From NCBI GenBank assembly GCA_021200695.1, contig JAJQGF010000336.1, positions 1 through 50,468 on the forward strand: a stretch of 50,468 bases of DNA, in the 5' to 3' direction. Below, piece after piece: positions 39,528 to 50,468 of the stretch (positions within the stretch are counted from its first letter, which is position 1; each line of letters starts with the position of its first letter). The notes below the pieces were generated by a model that did no database searches, was not told where the DNA came from, and saw only the letters and a list, made by a program, of their open reading frames with translations. This stretch comes from Lachnospiraceae bacterium. Its GTDB lineage: Bacteria; Bacillota; Clostridia; Lachnospirales; Lachnospiraceae. The position numbers and the translations under genes were made by a program.

Positions 39528-40369
39528 CTATAATCTACTAATTACTGCAGAAAATACACCTGACACACATAAAAAACTTAATACTAATAGTACCATTCCA
39601 AAAGATATATAAAACTGTACCGTCTTACAAAATCCTATGGTTTTTATGTAAAACCACTCCCATATCTTACTAAAACGATTCTTTAACACTAAATTAATCA
39701 TAGCTAAAACATGTATCATTCCTACTAAAGTAAACATCATAAATAATATTAAAATAATTACTCCAATTGCTTGATACAACAAAAAACCAAACGCTTCTAT
39801 ATCAAACAAAATAGTAAATATTCCCGCTTCTTGCACTTTATTAAGCATTGCTTCTTTATCAAAATTTGGACCCATAATTGGCATTTTTATAAAGCTTACC
39901 AGAATGGGTATACATATTGTCGCCAAAATATTAAATAACAATATATATTTAATGGATTTATCAATCCTATATTTTTTTGTTATTATGTATGCCGCCACCA
40001 AAAAAGCCACTTCTAAAAAACAAACGAAAACAAAACAATTGCGCAAATAAGGTTTTCATATTTCAAAAACCAATAAATCAAAAATAAAGCGGCTATTAAA
40101 AAAACAACAAATATCTCAATTCCACCTGAGCTTTCACTTTTGTATGTACCCTTAGAATTTGCATATTGATTCCCTGAAGCATTAATTATATATTGTTCTT
40201 GTTCAATATGAATTTGTGAAAAAATAAGTTGCTTATCAACTTGAATTTCAGTTGTCTTTTTTTCGTCTTTTAATAATTTAGGAATCAAAGTTCCAAATAG
40301 TGCTCCTAAAATTGCAGAGACAACAGCAATTACTAAATCATATCCCATTTTTTCTATCGTAATCTCCAC
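39528..40369 (-). pseudogene. Polytopic membrane protein split by a -1 frameshift
   Basis: Two overlapping ORFs; one extra T in the run at 40015-40020 joins FSFVF|LEVAFL. Confidence 0.65.
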
Positions 40370-40409
40370 CTTTCTCTTTTGTATGTTGGTATTCCTTATC
40401 TATAACAAC

Positions 40410-41651
40410 CTAATTCAATGTACCCATTTCATCTACTTTTATATAACTTAATATTGCTGGAGCCGCATCCCAACTTCCGGAATATTTCATTCTATTGTCA
40501 TATACACATTTTCCTACGGCACCCTTTAGTTCTTCAAGACTACTCACACCAAACAATACCATCATCTTCTGACAATACTGTCTGGATTTCATTTTCATCC
40601 ATTCTATTGGAGCTCTTTGGGCATATACATAACATGTAGGAAACCAGTAGGATTCACGCCAACTATTTTCATCTTCAGAAAGTTCATACGCATTACATAC
40701 TTGATACAAAAACAAATCTGCTTCAGCTATAGCTTCACTCGTATAAATCGGTAACTTTTCTCTTTGGTTACATATTGTATCTCCCATAAGAGTAAATTTA
40801 GTTTTCATATCTGTGTGTGGTTTATAACATTCTTCAACCACCCTGCTGTGATGTCTAAAAGCAGTATAATTATTTTGTCTTACCGCCCCACCAAATATAT
40901 TTGTCTCCAAAAAATATGTGTGTGATAAAATTTTATTTATAGCCGAATAATCCTTTATATGGCGCATAAATGCCACAACGCAAATAAATAATTCCCACAT
41001 TAGACTCTTAAACACATCTAAATCATCCTCAGAAGCAGTTCCTGCTTTCGGTCCAAATGTTTTAACACAAGACAAATTATTATACATCATTTCAAAGGTG
41101 TCTGCTAAGATTTCTGCATAGTCTGGCTCCACTTCTGAAACAGCTTCAGCAAAGTCTAAAAATAAATCTCTTACGATTTTTGTTTCTAAAAACAACTGAT
41201 ATTTTCGTTCCTGATTTGAACCTTTTTCATATTCAACCTCATATGTTTCTTTATCTGATAAATCAATATATATTCTTGTTTTGATATATGTAGGAACATA
41301 TGGTTGTCCTTCCTCATCTCTTTCAGCAATAATCGGAATAAATTTTTCCTGCTTCGTATTTCCGTATATCTCACTAGAAATAATAACAGTTTCATCTCCC
41401 ACGCCACCAGTACGCTCATTAGCTTTTTGTGCATATGCTTGAACACAGATAATAAGAACTTTCATAATTTCAGAATCATTTACACATCGTTCCATAAACG
41501 CATATTTATCTTGACCTTCTTTTAAATCCCATTTATTCAAAACAACATCCACACCATTCGACACTAATCTTTGTGCCAACTCCAGTACCAAATCACTACT
41601 TCCCCATGCATACGATATAAATATCTTCGGAATTCTATCTTCTTGTAACAT
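40410..41651 (-). CDS. SEFIR/TIR-domain protein (possible internal deletion)
   Basis: PKIFISYAW...LA.RL...GVDV....WDLKEGQD...FME...GGVG.E...KFIPI...RIYIDLS. Confidence 0.85.
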   Translation of the reverse strand: MLQEDRIPKIFISYAWGSSDLVLELAQRLVSNGVDVVLNKWDLKEGQDKYAFMERCVNDSEIMKVLIICVQAYAQKANERTGGVGDETVIISSEIYGNTKQEKFIPIIAERDEEGQPYVPTYIKTRIYIDLSDKETYEVEYEKGSNQERKYQLFLETKIVRDLFLDFAEAVSEVEPDYAEILADTFEMMYNNLSCVKTFGPKAGTASEDDLDVFKSLMWELFICVVAFMRHIKDYSAINKILSHTYFLETNIFGGAVRQNNYTAFRHHSRVVEECYKPHTDMKTKFTLMGDTICNQREKLPIYTSEAIAEADLFLYQVCNAYELSEDENSWRESYWFPTCYVYAQRAPIEWMKMKSRQYCQKMMVLFGVSSLEELKGAVGKCVYDNRMKYSGSWDAAPAILSYIKVDEMGTLN

Positions 41652-41700
41652 CTGCATACCTCCAATCTTCTCTTTCTTCTGATTAATCATTATACAAGTT

Positions 41701-42345
41701 CTATTTTACCTTTCCCTTAATCTCTCCCACCAATTCATACACCGTTGTACAAGGACACATCTCTGATGGTTTTGTTATACCTTCTCTGATACACCGCTCA
41801 AGCTTTTGCTGTGCTATCTTAATTGCTTTTTCTTCATCACCGGACTTACAGAGTTTTGTATACATCTGCTCATCTGCTTTGGAATACTTCTGTCCTGTCT
41901 TTGATTCATATACTCGTCCAAATTCTGAACAACAAGTCCAAGAATCTTGGATTGCAGGCATGGAACCAAAGTAGGCGTACATCCAAATTTCAAAACATGG
42001 ATTTGACCAGCCTATCTGTATCCCTTTACCCACTGCCTCTGCTATAATCTCAGCAAACCCCTGCACCTGATCTCTATCAAATACAATCCAAGGGATACGA
42101 TATTGTGCATCATAAGCAGTAAGTTCAAGACATTTATCAATCATGGCACGTGTTTTTGTTTCTACAACTTTAATCACCAGTTTATTTCTGACTCCCTCCG
42201 GCAAATCCTGATGAAGACCGGTAAAAAAACATCTTTCTGTAGCTTCTGTATCTGTAACAATCAAATAGTAACCTAATTCCGGCACCTTGAATTGCTTTCT
42301 CTGTTCACGTGTTTTTCTGTTACCTGTTCTATCCTTTTTTGCCAT
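41701..42345 (-). CDS. RloB/AbiLii-like protein
   Basis: LIVTD...TE..FF, WIVFDRD, SNPCFEIW. Confidence 0.88.
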   Translation of the reverse strand: MAKKDRTGNRKTREQRKQFKVPELGYYLIVTDTEATERCFFTGLHQDLPEGVRNKLVIKVVETKTRAMIDKCLELTAYDAQYRIPWIVFDRDQVQGFAEIIAEAVGKGIQIGWSNPCFEIWMYAYFGSMPAIQDSWTCCSEFGRVYESKTGQKYSKADEQMYTKLCKSGDEEKAIKIAQQKLERCIREGITKPSEMCPCTTVYELVGEIKGKVK

Positions 42346-42346
42346 A

Positions 42347-43603
42347 TCACTCCTCCTTAAATATAGCAATACTCTTTAAGGTAGGGATTGCACCATACTT
42401 TCCAATCAAATAATTCTTCTCATAACTCTCATCCTTACGAATGCGAGAGCCATCCTCATCTATGAAATCAGCTAAGGAATACAATGTAGAAACACCATCT
42501 GTATCCTTTTCTACAAACCAAATTTCATCTCGACGTAACAACTGATTAGACAACTGCCATGTATCATGGGTTGTAAATACAAGCTGGGCATGATTTTTAT
42601 TGATTTCGGGATTCAAAAATGTAAGGATAAAATTTCTCACAAGTAATGGATGCAGACGTGCATTCAATTCATCAATAAAAAATACACTTCCCTTTTCTAA
42701 TACCTCCTGTAATTCCGGGTATAATGCAAACATTTTTAAAGTTCCGGCAGATTCCAATCCCAATGGAATCTCAGCCATTTCATCAGAGTCAATCATTTTA
42801 TGAAGTGCATTAATTTTATATTTTTCTTCCTTTGATTCTCCTTCTTGAGGAACCTTTTCAATTCTAAAATCCTTGATATGTTCGTCAAAGGATGCAAAGT
42901 ATTCCACAACCTTCTGCTGTACATCTTTATCCTCCACAAAACCCTTAGGCAGTCTGTGAGACATAAAGAAATTTGTAAAAAGATCAGCAAAGTCGGCAAA
43001 TTCATTTGCAAGAAACCAGTCTCGAATCGCCTTACACTTACCAACCTTCAACTTTGCACCCAAAGAAATAATTAACACCTGCTTCTCCAAAGCTATCTGA
43101 ATGTTATCTCTGCTGCTTTTCGAAAATCCGGACAAATCCAATTCATCCACACTACGATAAAAAACTCTGCTATACTTTCTTGCTGTCTTTGCCTTAGAAT
43201 TAAGCCATTCTTCCGTTACACCTTCTTTATCAATGCAAAATCCATAATTGTATGTCTTTTCCGCCTTATCTCCTAGCAATGTAAAATATACCTCAAAGCT
43301 TGACTCAGCCTCAGAAGACGTTGCATCAAACAAAAATGGAGTCGGTCTGTAATGTTCAAACTTCTCCTCTTCGTCACCGTACTTAAAAGAATCTACAACA
43401 TAATCAGACATATATTCAAAAGCATTGTATATATTAGACTTTCCGCTTGCGTTTGCTCCAAAAATAGCAGCAACCGGTAAAATCTTCTCACTACCAACTA
43501 TCATTACCCTGTCTGAGAACTCTGTCATCTTTGCTGCAGATAAATCCAATGTGGCTTCTTCCCTAAATGATTTGAAATTTTTAAAATTAAATTGAATTAA
43601 CAT
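42347..43603 (-). CDS. AAA_21 ABC-type ATPase (RloA/AbiLi-like)
   Basis: GANASGKS, ESAGT, IDELNARLHP, QLVFTTH, LRRDEIWFVEK, YL.GKYGAIP. Confidence 0.92.
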   Translation of the reverse strand: MLIQFNFKNFKSFREEATLDLSAAKMTEFSDRVMIVGSEKILPVAAIFGANASGKSNIYNAFEYMSDYVVDSFKYGDEEEKFEHYRPTPFLFDATSSEAESSFEVYFTLLGDKAEKTYNYGFCIDKEGVTEEWLNSKAKTARKYSRVFYRSVDELDLSGFSKSSRDNIQIALEKQVLIISLGAKLKVGKCKAIRDWFLANEFADFADLFTNFFMSHRLPKGFVEDKDVQQKVVEYFASFDEHIKDFRIEKVPQEGESKEEKYKINALHKMIDSDEMAEIPLGLESAGTLKMFALYPELQEVLEKGSVFFIDELNARLHPLLVRNFILTFLNPEINKNHAQLVFTTHDTWQLSNQLLRRDEIWFVEKDTDGVSTLYSLADFIDEDGSRIRKDESYEKNYLIGKYGAIPTLKSIAIFKEE

Positions 43604-43720
43604 GATTGCTACCTCAACTTCTTTTCTACTTTCTGTTATACACAATTCTTCCATAAAATCAACATCGTTTTGAGATACTTTCTCATCTAATTGTATTTTT
43701 CATCATGTTTTCAAAAAAAA

Positions 43721-43763
43721 GAGGGAATGCAAGTAATTATTATACCTTTACCTACATTCCCTC
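43721..43763 (-). terminator. Probable intrinsic terminator
   Basis: GAGGGAATG/CATTCCCTC stem with a T8 tail on the minus strand. Confidence 0.6.
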
Positions 43764-43885
43764 GACTATCTTTTATAACAAATTCGACCACAATCAAATT
43801 ATTTCAAATATCGATTTTAATAAATTAATATTTTGAACGCTCTATCGTATGTATACATCCCACTCTCGCAGGATGTCGAGGTTAC

Positions 43886-44080
43886 TTATGCCGCTTTCTT
43901 AAGTTTCTCCTGAAACCTCTTCGCATAAGCCAAATACCGAAGTTTCTTTCCTTCTGCATCATTACTTGATGTCTCTGGTTCGTAGCCTATCGTTATAGCG
44001 ATGTCCCACATCACTACACTTGCGTACTTTTCCATCATCTCAGCAAGAAATGTGCAGCAGCGTTCAAATTCTTTGTTCAA
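43886..44080 (-). CDS. Small hypothetical protein
   Basis: TTG start with AAGGAGG RBS, 64 aa. Confidence 0.6.
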   Translation of the reverse strand: MNKEFERCCTFLAEMMEKYASVVMWDIAITIGYEPETSSNDAEGKKLRYLAYAKRFQEKLKKAA

Positions 44081-44304
44081 GTTTTCCCTCCTTCCGCTAC
44101 CTACTCTGCATCTCTTCTGCCATTAAGTCCGCTTGGACTTCCTGACTGTATGATACAACTGCAAATTGGAAAAAGCAATATTTCCGGCACGAAAAAAATT
44201 TCTGGCAAATCATATAAGACTTTTACAAAAAACTTCTTACTATTTATCAGTTTTATTTTCTGTTATAACATCATATATCTTGCTGACCTCTACATTCAGT
44301 TTTC

Positions 44305-44652
44305 TCATAAATACATTCCTACAAAAGTTTTCATAATCAATTTTTTAGCCATCACATTTTCTGTAAATTCAATAAATGTAATACCATCTTTGTATGAAAA
44401 ATTTCCAGTCCAATGTCCCTACATGTGGTCGTTTTCCATGTCAAATTCATAGTTCTTATATTCATCAAAAGCAGTTATTCTAAACTTTGTAACATAACCA
44501 TCCCTTGTATGTTCTTCGAACTCTTTTTCAGGCACAGTAATCACTATTTTATCTAAATCACTTCTCCAAGAATACTCGTGCAATGATGTAACCAATTCCC
44601 ATACTTTTTCTATTTCACAATGAAATTCCGCTCTAATTGTTGACATTGCCAT
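44305..44652 (-). pseudogene. SRPBCC/polyketide-cyclase-like pseudogene
   Basis: Frame continues past TAG: DMENDHM*GHWTGNFSYKDGITFIEFTENVMAKK. Confidence 0.75.
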
Positions 44653-44709
44653 AATTATCCTCCCTTTTACAATCGGTAGCCAATATTCATATATTGCTTC
44701 CCTACACCT

Positions 44710-45509
44710 CTTTCAACAAAGACTCTCCCTTAGAATAATCTCCGCTAATTCATTCCCACACTTCTGTTAGTTGTATCTTTCCATCCTTAAACACTGTTGG
44801 GACACTGTGACACTTTCCTGTTTTCACCTGCATATCCGAATTTATGTGGTGATAAACAAAGTCAAGTTCTCCATCCTCCAATACAGTGCCAATTATAGAA
44901 CCTTTTAATATCTCTCCACCTCTATATTCTACCCTAAAGAAGATTTCCGTTCTGATGATATGTAAAAATAGTCTGTTCGTCCACTTCACCATTTTCCGAA
45001 TTCATTTGAGGAATAAATTTTCTGCCGTCATAATTAATCGCTGTCGTGGTCTTATGTAATTTCTTTTCCATAATCTCATAAGCAAGCACCACACCATTTT
45101 TTACAGGATATTTCTCATGCCTTACTGTGTGATATCCAAGCTTTTCATAAAGTGTTGCTGCCGGTAAAGAGGCATCCAAATATGCTTTATCATACTTTTC
45201 ATAAATCTGTGCTTCTATCTGTTTTACAATAAATGTACCATAGCCCTTTTTCTGGTGCTTCGGCAACACATAAACTCTGGTAATGTGATTATCCACAAAG
45301 CTACCGGTTGCAACAATTTCATCATCTACTTTAAGCACACTTACATTCCCATTATCAATGTCCTGCTCTATAACATTTTTATTATGATGTTCACTGAAGA
45401 AATCCACCACCTCAGCCGGATAATACTTAGGGTAGACAGTTTTAATGGTATGTTGCACCAAGTCATATATAGTTTGTAATTCTTCCTTTGTTGCCAATTC
45501 GTATGTCAT
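44710..45509 (-). pseudogene. GNAT acetyltransferase fused to a small beta-rich domain; C-terminal domain disrupted
   Basis: GNAT motif VLPKHQKKGYG; TAGG for TGG at about 44935 shifts the frame; TGA for TGG at 44750. Confidence 0.7.
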
Positions 45510-45524
45510 TGTAATTCTCCCAAT

Positions 45525-46274
45525 TTAATAATTCATAATCTCATACGCAGTATATTCGTGACTGAAATGATACCCTAATTTTTCAGCCAACGCTACTGAC
45601 CATAGATTCTGTGCGTCCCAACTTGGATACAGATTTCTATTCAGACATTCCAAAATGAGCTTTGCACCACTTATGTATGCTAAGCCTTTTCTTCGATAAT
45701 CTTGCCTTGTGTCAATTTCTATTTCAATTCCCTCTCGATATCTGGCATAAGAGGAAGCTCCCGCCACCAGTTCTCCATTATGTAAAATAACCACACCTAA
45801 GCCTAGCTTCTTATACATTTCATAATCTTCAAACTGTGATACTAAATCACGTGACCAGTCATTTTCCTGACACATAGAAAACTCACTTTCTTCTATCAGT
45901 TTAATTTCAAAATCCGCAGGCAACTGTCCTACTACTTTCTCCAGCTTATCTTTATCAAAAATATCCGGCTCTTTTTTGAAGGCATATCTGATAACTTTCT
46001 TTGCCTTTTCCTTATATACCTGTTCTATCAATGCAGACCACTCATCATTTTGTGGAACCATTATAATAAAATTCTGCTTACAGTTTTCAGGCGTATATCT
46101 CCGAAACTTTTCACTTGGTTTCCCCGCAAAAAAGACAAAATCGCCAAGCATTGCCATTGCAGCATTTTCATTTGGTTTATTGGTATACACTTTGCCCATG
46201 ACACCCTGAAGGCAGGACCAAATGAGTGTTTCTTCCCAACCGGCAAATAATTTTTCTGCTGTTATATTTTCCAT
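45525..46274 (-). CDS. GNAT-family acetyltransferase
   Basis: IEIEIDT..DYRRKGLA, YPSWDA.N..S..LAEKLGY. Confidence 0.9.
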   Translation of the reverse strand: MENITAEKLFAGWEETLIWSCLQGVMGKVYTNKPNENAAMAMLGDFVFFAGKPSEKFRRYTPENCKQNFIIMVPQNDEWSALIEQVYKEKAKKVIRYAFKKEPDIFDKDKLEKVVGQLPADFEIKLIEESEFSMCQENDWSRDLVSQFEDYEMYKKLGLGVVILHNGELVAGASSYARYREGIEIEIDTRQDYRRKGLAYISGAKLILECLNRNLYPSWDAQNLWSVALAEKLGYHFSHEYTAYEIMNY

Positions 46275-46280
46275 TTATTA

Positions 46281-46922
46281 TCAAACCTTTCCTGTCTTTT
46301 TAATCGGATGTCTGATTACTGTTTTCCATTTCTCAGGAGCAACTTTTCTTACATCGGACATATAAATTTCATGGTGCAATCTGCTTTCAGAAATATCATT
46401 TACATACCCATTTTTCTCTATATACCCATCCATCAAAGCCACGCTTACAGGCTCATCATCAAATGCTCCCAAATGCATAATCTGTACGCATAAGCCTTCA
46501 TCAATCGTCAAAAATTCAGCAGAAGAACAGTCCATCTTTTTCTTCTTAGTTGCGGTTTCTACCGCCCAATCAAAATCCTTCTGGGTAATAAAATCCGGCA
46601 AACGAATCACAGAAATCCAGTTGAATGTGTCTTTGTTAGCATAATCCACACCATCTACATTATCCTGCCACCAAAATCCCTCAAGCGGCGGCACAACATA
46701 TTCAAAAAATCCTTCGATTTTATAATCTGCTTTGTAGCTCATTTTTAAAGTATAAGCAACAGCATACAACACTCCTATCGCCTGCTGATACGCTCCACCT
46801 TCCTCGTTGGGATTCCCCTTCCCCCTGACTGCTATATAATTAGCCTTTGGAAGTGTTACGATTTCCGGCTTGTTCTTAGGCATATAAAATTCTTTATATT
46901 CTTTTTTGAAATCAAATGCCAT
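46281..46922 (-). CDS. GyrI-like small-molecule-binding protein
   Basis: YVVPPLEGFWW, EGLCVQIMHLG.FDDE, HHEIYMSD. Confidence 0.9.
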   Translation of the reverse strand: MAFDFKKEYKEFYMPKNKPEIVTLPKANYIAVRGKGNPNEEGGAYQQAIGVLYAVAYTLKMSYKADYKIEGFFEYVVPPLEGFWWQDNVDGVDYANKDTFNWISVIRLPDFITQKDFDWAVETATKKKKMDCSSAEFLTIDEGLCVQIMHLGAFDDEPVSVALMDGYIEKNGYVNDISESRLHHEIYMSDVRKVAPEKWKTVIRHPIKKTGKV

Positions 46923-47105
46923 TCTCTACACCTCCTAACCATAATAACATATATGCATACACGTAAATAGTAATTTCACTTGTACGAAACTTTATGTTAC
47001 TATAGAATTCAAAATTAATACAATTTTTGAGACAAGATTCGCCAAGGCAAGAATATGTTATATGATCTTATATTTTGCCTAATTTCATAATTGTACCGCC
47101 TTATT

Positions 47106-47900
47106 TTAGATTCTTAACAAATAAACTATAATATCAAGGTATCTCTTAAATAGCCCTACATATCCCGCATTATTTTTTCTGAAATAATTAATAATTGAAA
47201 TAATAAAATAAGAAACCACTTGAACCGGTAAACTTATAATATAAAACAATGCCATAATAAGTCCTCCCGATGCAACCATTTTCAGGAAAAGCATTAAAGT
47301 ATTTGTTTCTTCATTATAATTCATTAAATTAGTATATGTATTTACTATTATTGTAAAATCAAACGGAAGCTCTTGCTCGCTCACCCCTGTAATAGTAAAA
47401 CAAAAGCCTAACACAGTGATAATAAATCCTAACGGTAAAAAAGACAATTTTAGAAACTCCATATTATTATCTAATACTTTATTATAATACTAGTCATCAC
47501 TTCTACATCTTCTAGCCATACCAACAAAATAAAATGATAGATATAAAGTAGAAGCTACAATAATATTCGTACCAATTTCATTCGGGAATATTAATGTCAA
47601 CAGCGAAATTGCTGTAAACGAAAAACAATATGTAAATAAAGGGGTTTCATATCGTAAATATAACTCTTTGGGTTGAATTTTTCTCTACGCCTTTACTGCT
47701 AACACATTACTTTTAATTCGGGGGTATTTTTTTGCTATAAACTGTCCAAAACGTATAAAAAAATCACCAAATATACTATCATAAGCATACCCTACTACGT
47801 ATACTACTGAAATTAGCATAACAAATAGTAGACCAACCAAATATATCATCACTAGTATTAATGACGCTAATCTTATCAATAATTCAAATAATATTCCCAT
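47106..47900 (-). pseudogene. Fragmented membrane-protein gene
   Basis: Two same-frame hydrophobic ORFs; sequence reads on past TAG (VKA*RKIQPKELYLRYETP). Confidence 0.6.
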
Positions 47901-48041
47901 GGTTTTCCTCTGTATCTCTTCACTAAAAAATATATAAAAATTGTATTTATACTGTTAGTTATTTCAACTAATATTAAACCAAAATTTCATCATATAAATA
48001 CTGTTTGCAAAAACTTCTCTTAGATTTCCCATTCAATGTCT

Positions 48042-48287
48042 TTAGTTCAACTCATTCCACACATCCACATAATCCTACAATCCGCCCGGACGCATGGTGA
48101 TACTCACATAATTTGCAGGATCTTCTCTTGCCATTCTTGCTAAGATACCAACATCCTCTGACTCGTCAAACACAACTGAAGCCTCTGCTCTATCACAATC
48201 AATCACAAGTTCTTTACCATTCATATCTGCCATTACGACAGCGTTTCTACTACTATCGTAATAATACAAAGTATAATTCAATCCCAT
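48042..48287 (-). pseudogene. Small hypothetical (DUF6061-like?) with a premature stop
   Basis: GGL*DYVDVWNELN continues in frame; GGAGG-like RBS. Confidence 0.45.
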
Positions 48288-48330
48288 AATTCCAAACCTC
48301 CTGCAATAACATTCAAAGACACATACAAAG

Positions 48331-48640
48331 CTAAATCATCCCAAAATGCTCTAGTGCATCCATAATCGCCTTTTCTTTCTCCACCGAGCACTTCGGCTGT
48401 CTGCTCTCTTCTGACTTAGTTAAATTATAATTCTCCCCAACCTCTATTCCACATTTTCTTTTTTCCTGTGAAATATAAAGACTTGAAACCTTCAATCCAT
48501 GCTCTTTCAACACATAATCCTTAATCTCTTGATAAGTCGCTTTAGATTCAGCCGAAGTCAAATCCAGCTCATCCAGTTCCAATCCCACCTCAATGTAATC
48601 ATCCGCTTTTTATTGGGACAATAGTACAACCGTCTCGACT
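48331..48640 (-). pseudogene. rlmD: Displaced 3' end of rlmD/rumA (23S rRNA m5U1939 methyltransferase); att junction
   Basis: VETVVLLSQ*KADDYIEVGLELDELDLTSAESKATYQEIKDYV..., in frame with the recombinase C-terminus. Confidence 0.8.
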
Positions 48641-50274
48641 GTTGGTTGAAATTCCAAGGGCAATTCTTTCACGTCCTCCCCGTTCACAGGAACGGGGAAG
48701 TTGAATACAATCTTCTTTATCCAGCAGCCATCTTCTCGCTTTTCCGGGTAAATTTCTATCCTTTCGATGAAAGCACGCATGAATTCTTTTCGTTCTACCT
48801 CGGAAGCTTCGCCGTAGACCTCATCAAATGCCAGAAGGAGCTGATAGATATTATCGCCGGAGATTTTCTCCTGCCGGATGCTTCGAATCTGACTTTGAAT
48901 ATCATCTATCTGAGACTCGATTTCCTCTATTCTCCCATACTGCTCATCATATCTGCGCTGTAGATCCAATATCTTCCGGTCATAATACTTGTCCGTAATA
49001 TCCAAGCTGTCCATCTGGCGCTCCAGCCGAGTTTTTGTCCCCAAAGCCTGCCGTAGTTGCGCCTGTAATCCTTCGATCTGCTTTTCCATATCAGTCGTAT
49101 CAACGGTAGAGCCAATCTTTTCTTTAATTGCTTCTGCAAATTTAGGATTATTGACCATCGCAGAAATGATTGCCGCCACCATGCGGTTCATCTCAGTCTG
49201 CTCAATATTAGTTCGGAAGGTACATTTGTGGCCGGTTGCACCTAAAGTGTTCTTGCAGTAATAGTAATAGCGAGTTTTCTTATCCTTACTGTGCGCCTTT
49301 GCAATATTTCCGTACATTCCTTTCCCACAGCAGGGGCATTTCAGGATGCCGGACAGGATATGCGCATGTTCCGGGTCGTTGATTTTCTCCCGCTTGAACG
49401 CATTCACTTTGCGCTTTTCCTGCGCCAGATTCCAGTCTTCTTCAGAGATGATCGCCTCATGCTGTCCTTCATAAACCGGGAACTCTGACTGCTCTACTAC
49501 GTGCATTTCATTTCTTGTCCCGATTTTCTTTTCAGTCTTTCTCCTGCCATAAGCTATCTTCCCAGCATAGACGGGGTTGTCTAAAACGCCTTTCACAAAA
49601 CCAGATGAAAACCCCGGTATCGTGCCGTTCTGCCGCAGTTTCTTTGTATACCCGTGACTGTTCAAATAACTGCATACTCCATTAATTCCATCGTTCGTGT
49701 GTATATAACGGTCAAAGATCAGGCGTATCACTTCCGCTTCATCTTCTGCGATCAGAAGCTGACCATTATCCAGTCGATAGCCGTAAGGGGCAAAACCGCC
49801 GTTCCATTTTCCTTCTTTGGCTTTCTGCTCCCGTCCTGCCATTGTCTGTGTGCGGATATTTTCACGTTCGATCTCGGCTACCGCTGACAATACGGAAATC
49901 ATCAGCTTGCCGGAATCCTTGGAGCTGTCTATGCCATCCTCCACACAGATCAGGTTCACGCCAAAATCCTGCATCAGCTGTAAAGAGTTCAGCACATCGG
50001 CAGCATTTCGTCCGAAACGGGACAGCTTAAACACCAGAACAAAAGAGACGCCGTCTTTTCCTTCCTGGATGTCGCTCAGCATCCTCTGGAATTCCAATCT
50101 TCCCTGAATATTCTTGCCCGAAAAACCTTCATCAGAATACTCCCCGGCAATCGTCATATCCTCATATTCTGCGTATTTCCGCAGCTTGTCCCGCTGGGCG
50201 TCCAGACTGTACCCATCCACCTGAATGGAAGTGGATACCCTCGTATAAATATAGCACTTTGTCTGTTTCTTCAA
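48610..50274 (-). CDS. Large serine recombinase (integrase), intact
   Basis: YTRVST catalytic Ser, KLSRFGRN, recombinase domain, Zn-ribbon CPCCG...YYYC...C, coiled coil; TTG start. Confidence 0.96.
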   Translation of the reverse strand: MKKQTKCYIYTRVSTSIQVDGYSLDAQRDKLRKYAEYEDMTIAGEYSDEGFSGKNIQGRLEFQRMLSDIQEGKDGVSFVLVFKLSRFGRNAADVLNSLQLMQDFGVNLICVEDGIDSSKDSGKLMISVLSAVAEIERENIRTQTMAGREQKAKEGKWNGGFAPYGYRLDNGQLLIAEDEAEVIRLIFDRYIHTNDGINGVCSYLNSHGYTKKLRQNGTIPGFSSGFVKGVLDNPVYAGKIAYGRRKTEKKIGTRNEMHVVEQSEFPVYEGQHEAIISEEDWNLAQEKRKVNAFKREKINDPEHAHILSGILKCPCCGKGMYGNIAKAHSKDKKTRYYYYCKNTLGATGHKCTFRTNIEQTEMNRMVAAIISAMVNNPKFAEAIKEKIGSTVDTTDMEKQIEGLQAQLRQALGTKTRLERQMDSLDITDKYYDRKILDLQRRYDEQYGRIEEIESQIDDIQSQIRSIRQEKISGDNIYQLLLAFDEVYGEASEVERKEFMRAFIERIEIYPEKREDGCWIKKIVFNFPVPVNGEDVKELPLEFQPTVETVVLLSQ

Positions 50275-50468
50275 TTATTCCAGCGCCTCCAATTCTTTTA
50301 TACTCTCTATAAAATGCTGTTCGACAGGGGACAGCAGTTCATCCTGCTTCTTCTGATATTTTGCATACTCTTCATGTGCTTTCTGGAGCGCCTGCTGATG
50401 GGTAACACGTCCCTTTGTAGTCAATATATCCCGTCGTGTCATTTTCAGATAATCATCAATCGTTTCCA
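50275..50468 (-). CDS. RhuM-family protein, C-terminus (partial)
   Basis: Hand translation: ETIDDYLKMTRRDILTTKGRVTHQQALQKAHEEYAKYQKKQDELLSPVEQHF. Confidence 0.75.
   Translation of the reverse strand, partial: ETIDDYLKMTRRDILTTKGRVTHQQALQKAHEEYAKYQKKQDELLSPVEQHFIESIKELEALE

Noticed and set aside
44305-48612. Several in-frame TAG/TGA stops as possible stop-codon recoding (Pyl/Sec)
   Set aside because: All three stop types and indels occur, confined to island cargo, and intact genes use TAG and TGA as normal stops; decay is the simpler explanation
1-50468. tRNA, rRNA, CRISPR arrays or known riboswitches
   Set aside because: None recognised by eye; a covariance-model scan would be needed to exclude them

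Overview
Low-GC Firmicute chromosome segment; gene content and style suggest Clostridia, probably Lachnospiraceae (inference). 1-4.6 kb: end of an integrative mobilizable element at the 3' end of guaA (tyrosine integrase, Xis-like HTH, XRE repressor, MobC-like, frameshifted AAA ATPase, start of a MOBV-type relaxase). 4.6-9.6 kb: housekeeping genes (guaA, mutY, mnmA). 9.7-35.4 kb: accessory genes, including a tannase-like lipoprotein with a divergent two-component system, a tyrosine-decarboxylase-like + Ntn-hydrolase pair, an agr-type quorum-sensing locus with an unannotated AgrD and frameshifted AgrA, and an ACGX-repeat peptide/radical SAM-SPASM RiPP operon. 35.7-50.5 kb: stacked serine-recombinase islands at an rlmD 3'-end site, with defence genes (RloAB/AbiL-like, SEFIR/TIR), many pseudogenes and an intact IS110. 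For the IS110 the ends, CT core, circle-junction promoter and bridge-RNA guide segments matching its own insertion site can be read from the sequence. All family assignments come from motif recognition by eye, not database searches.
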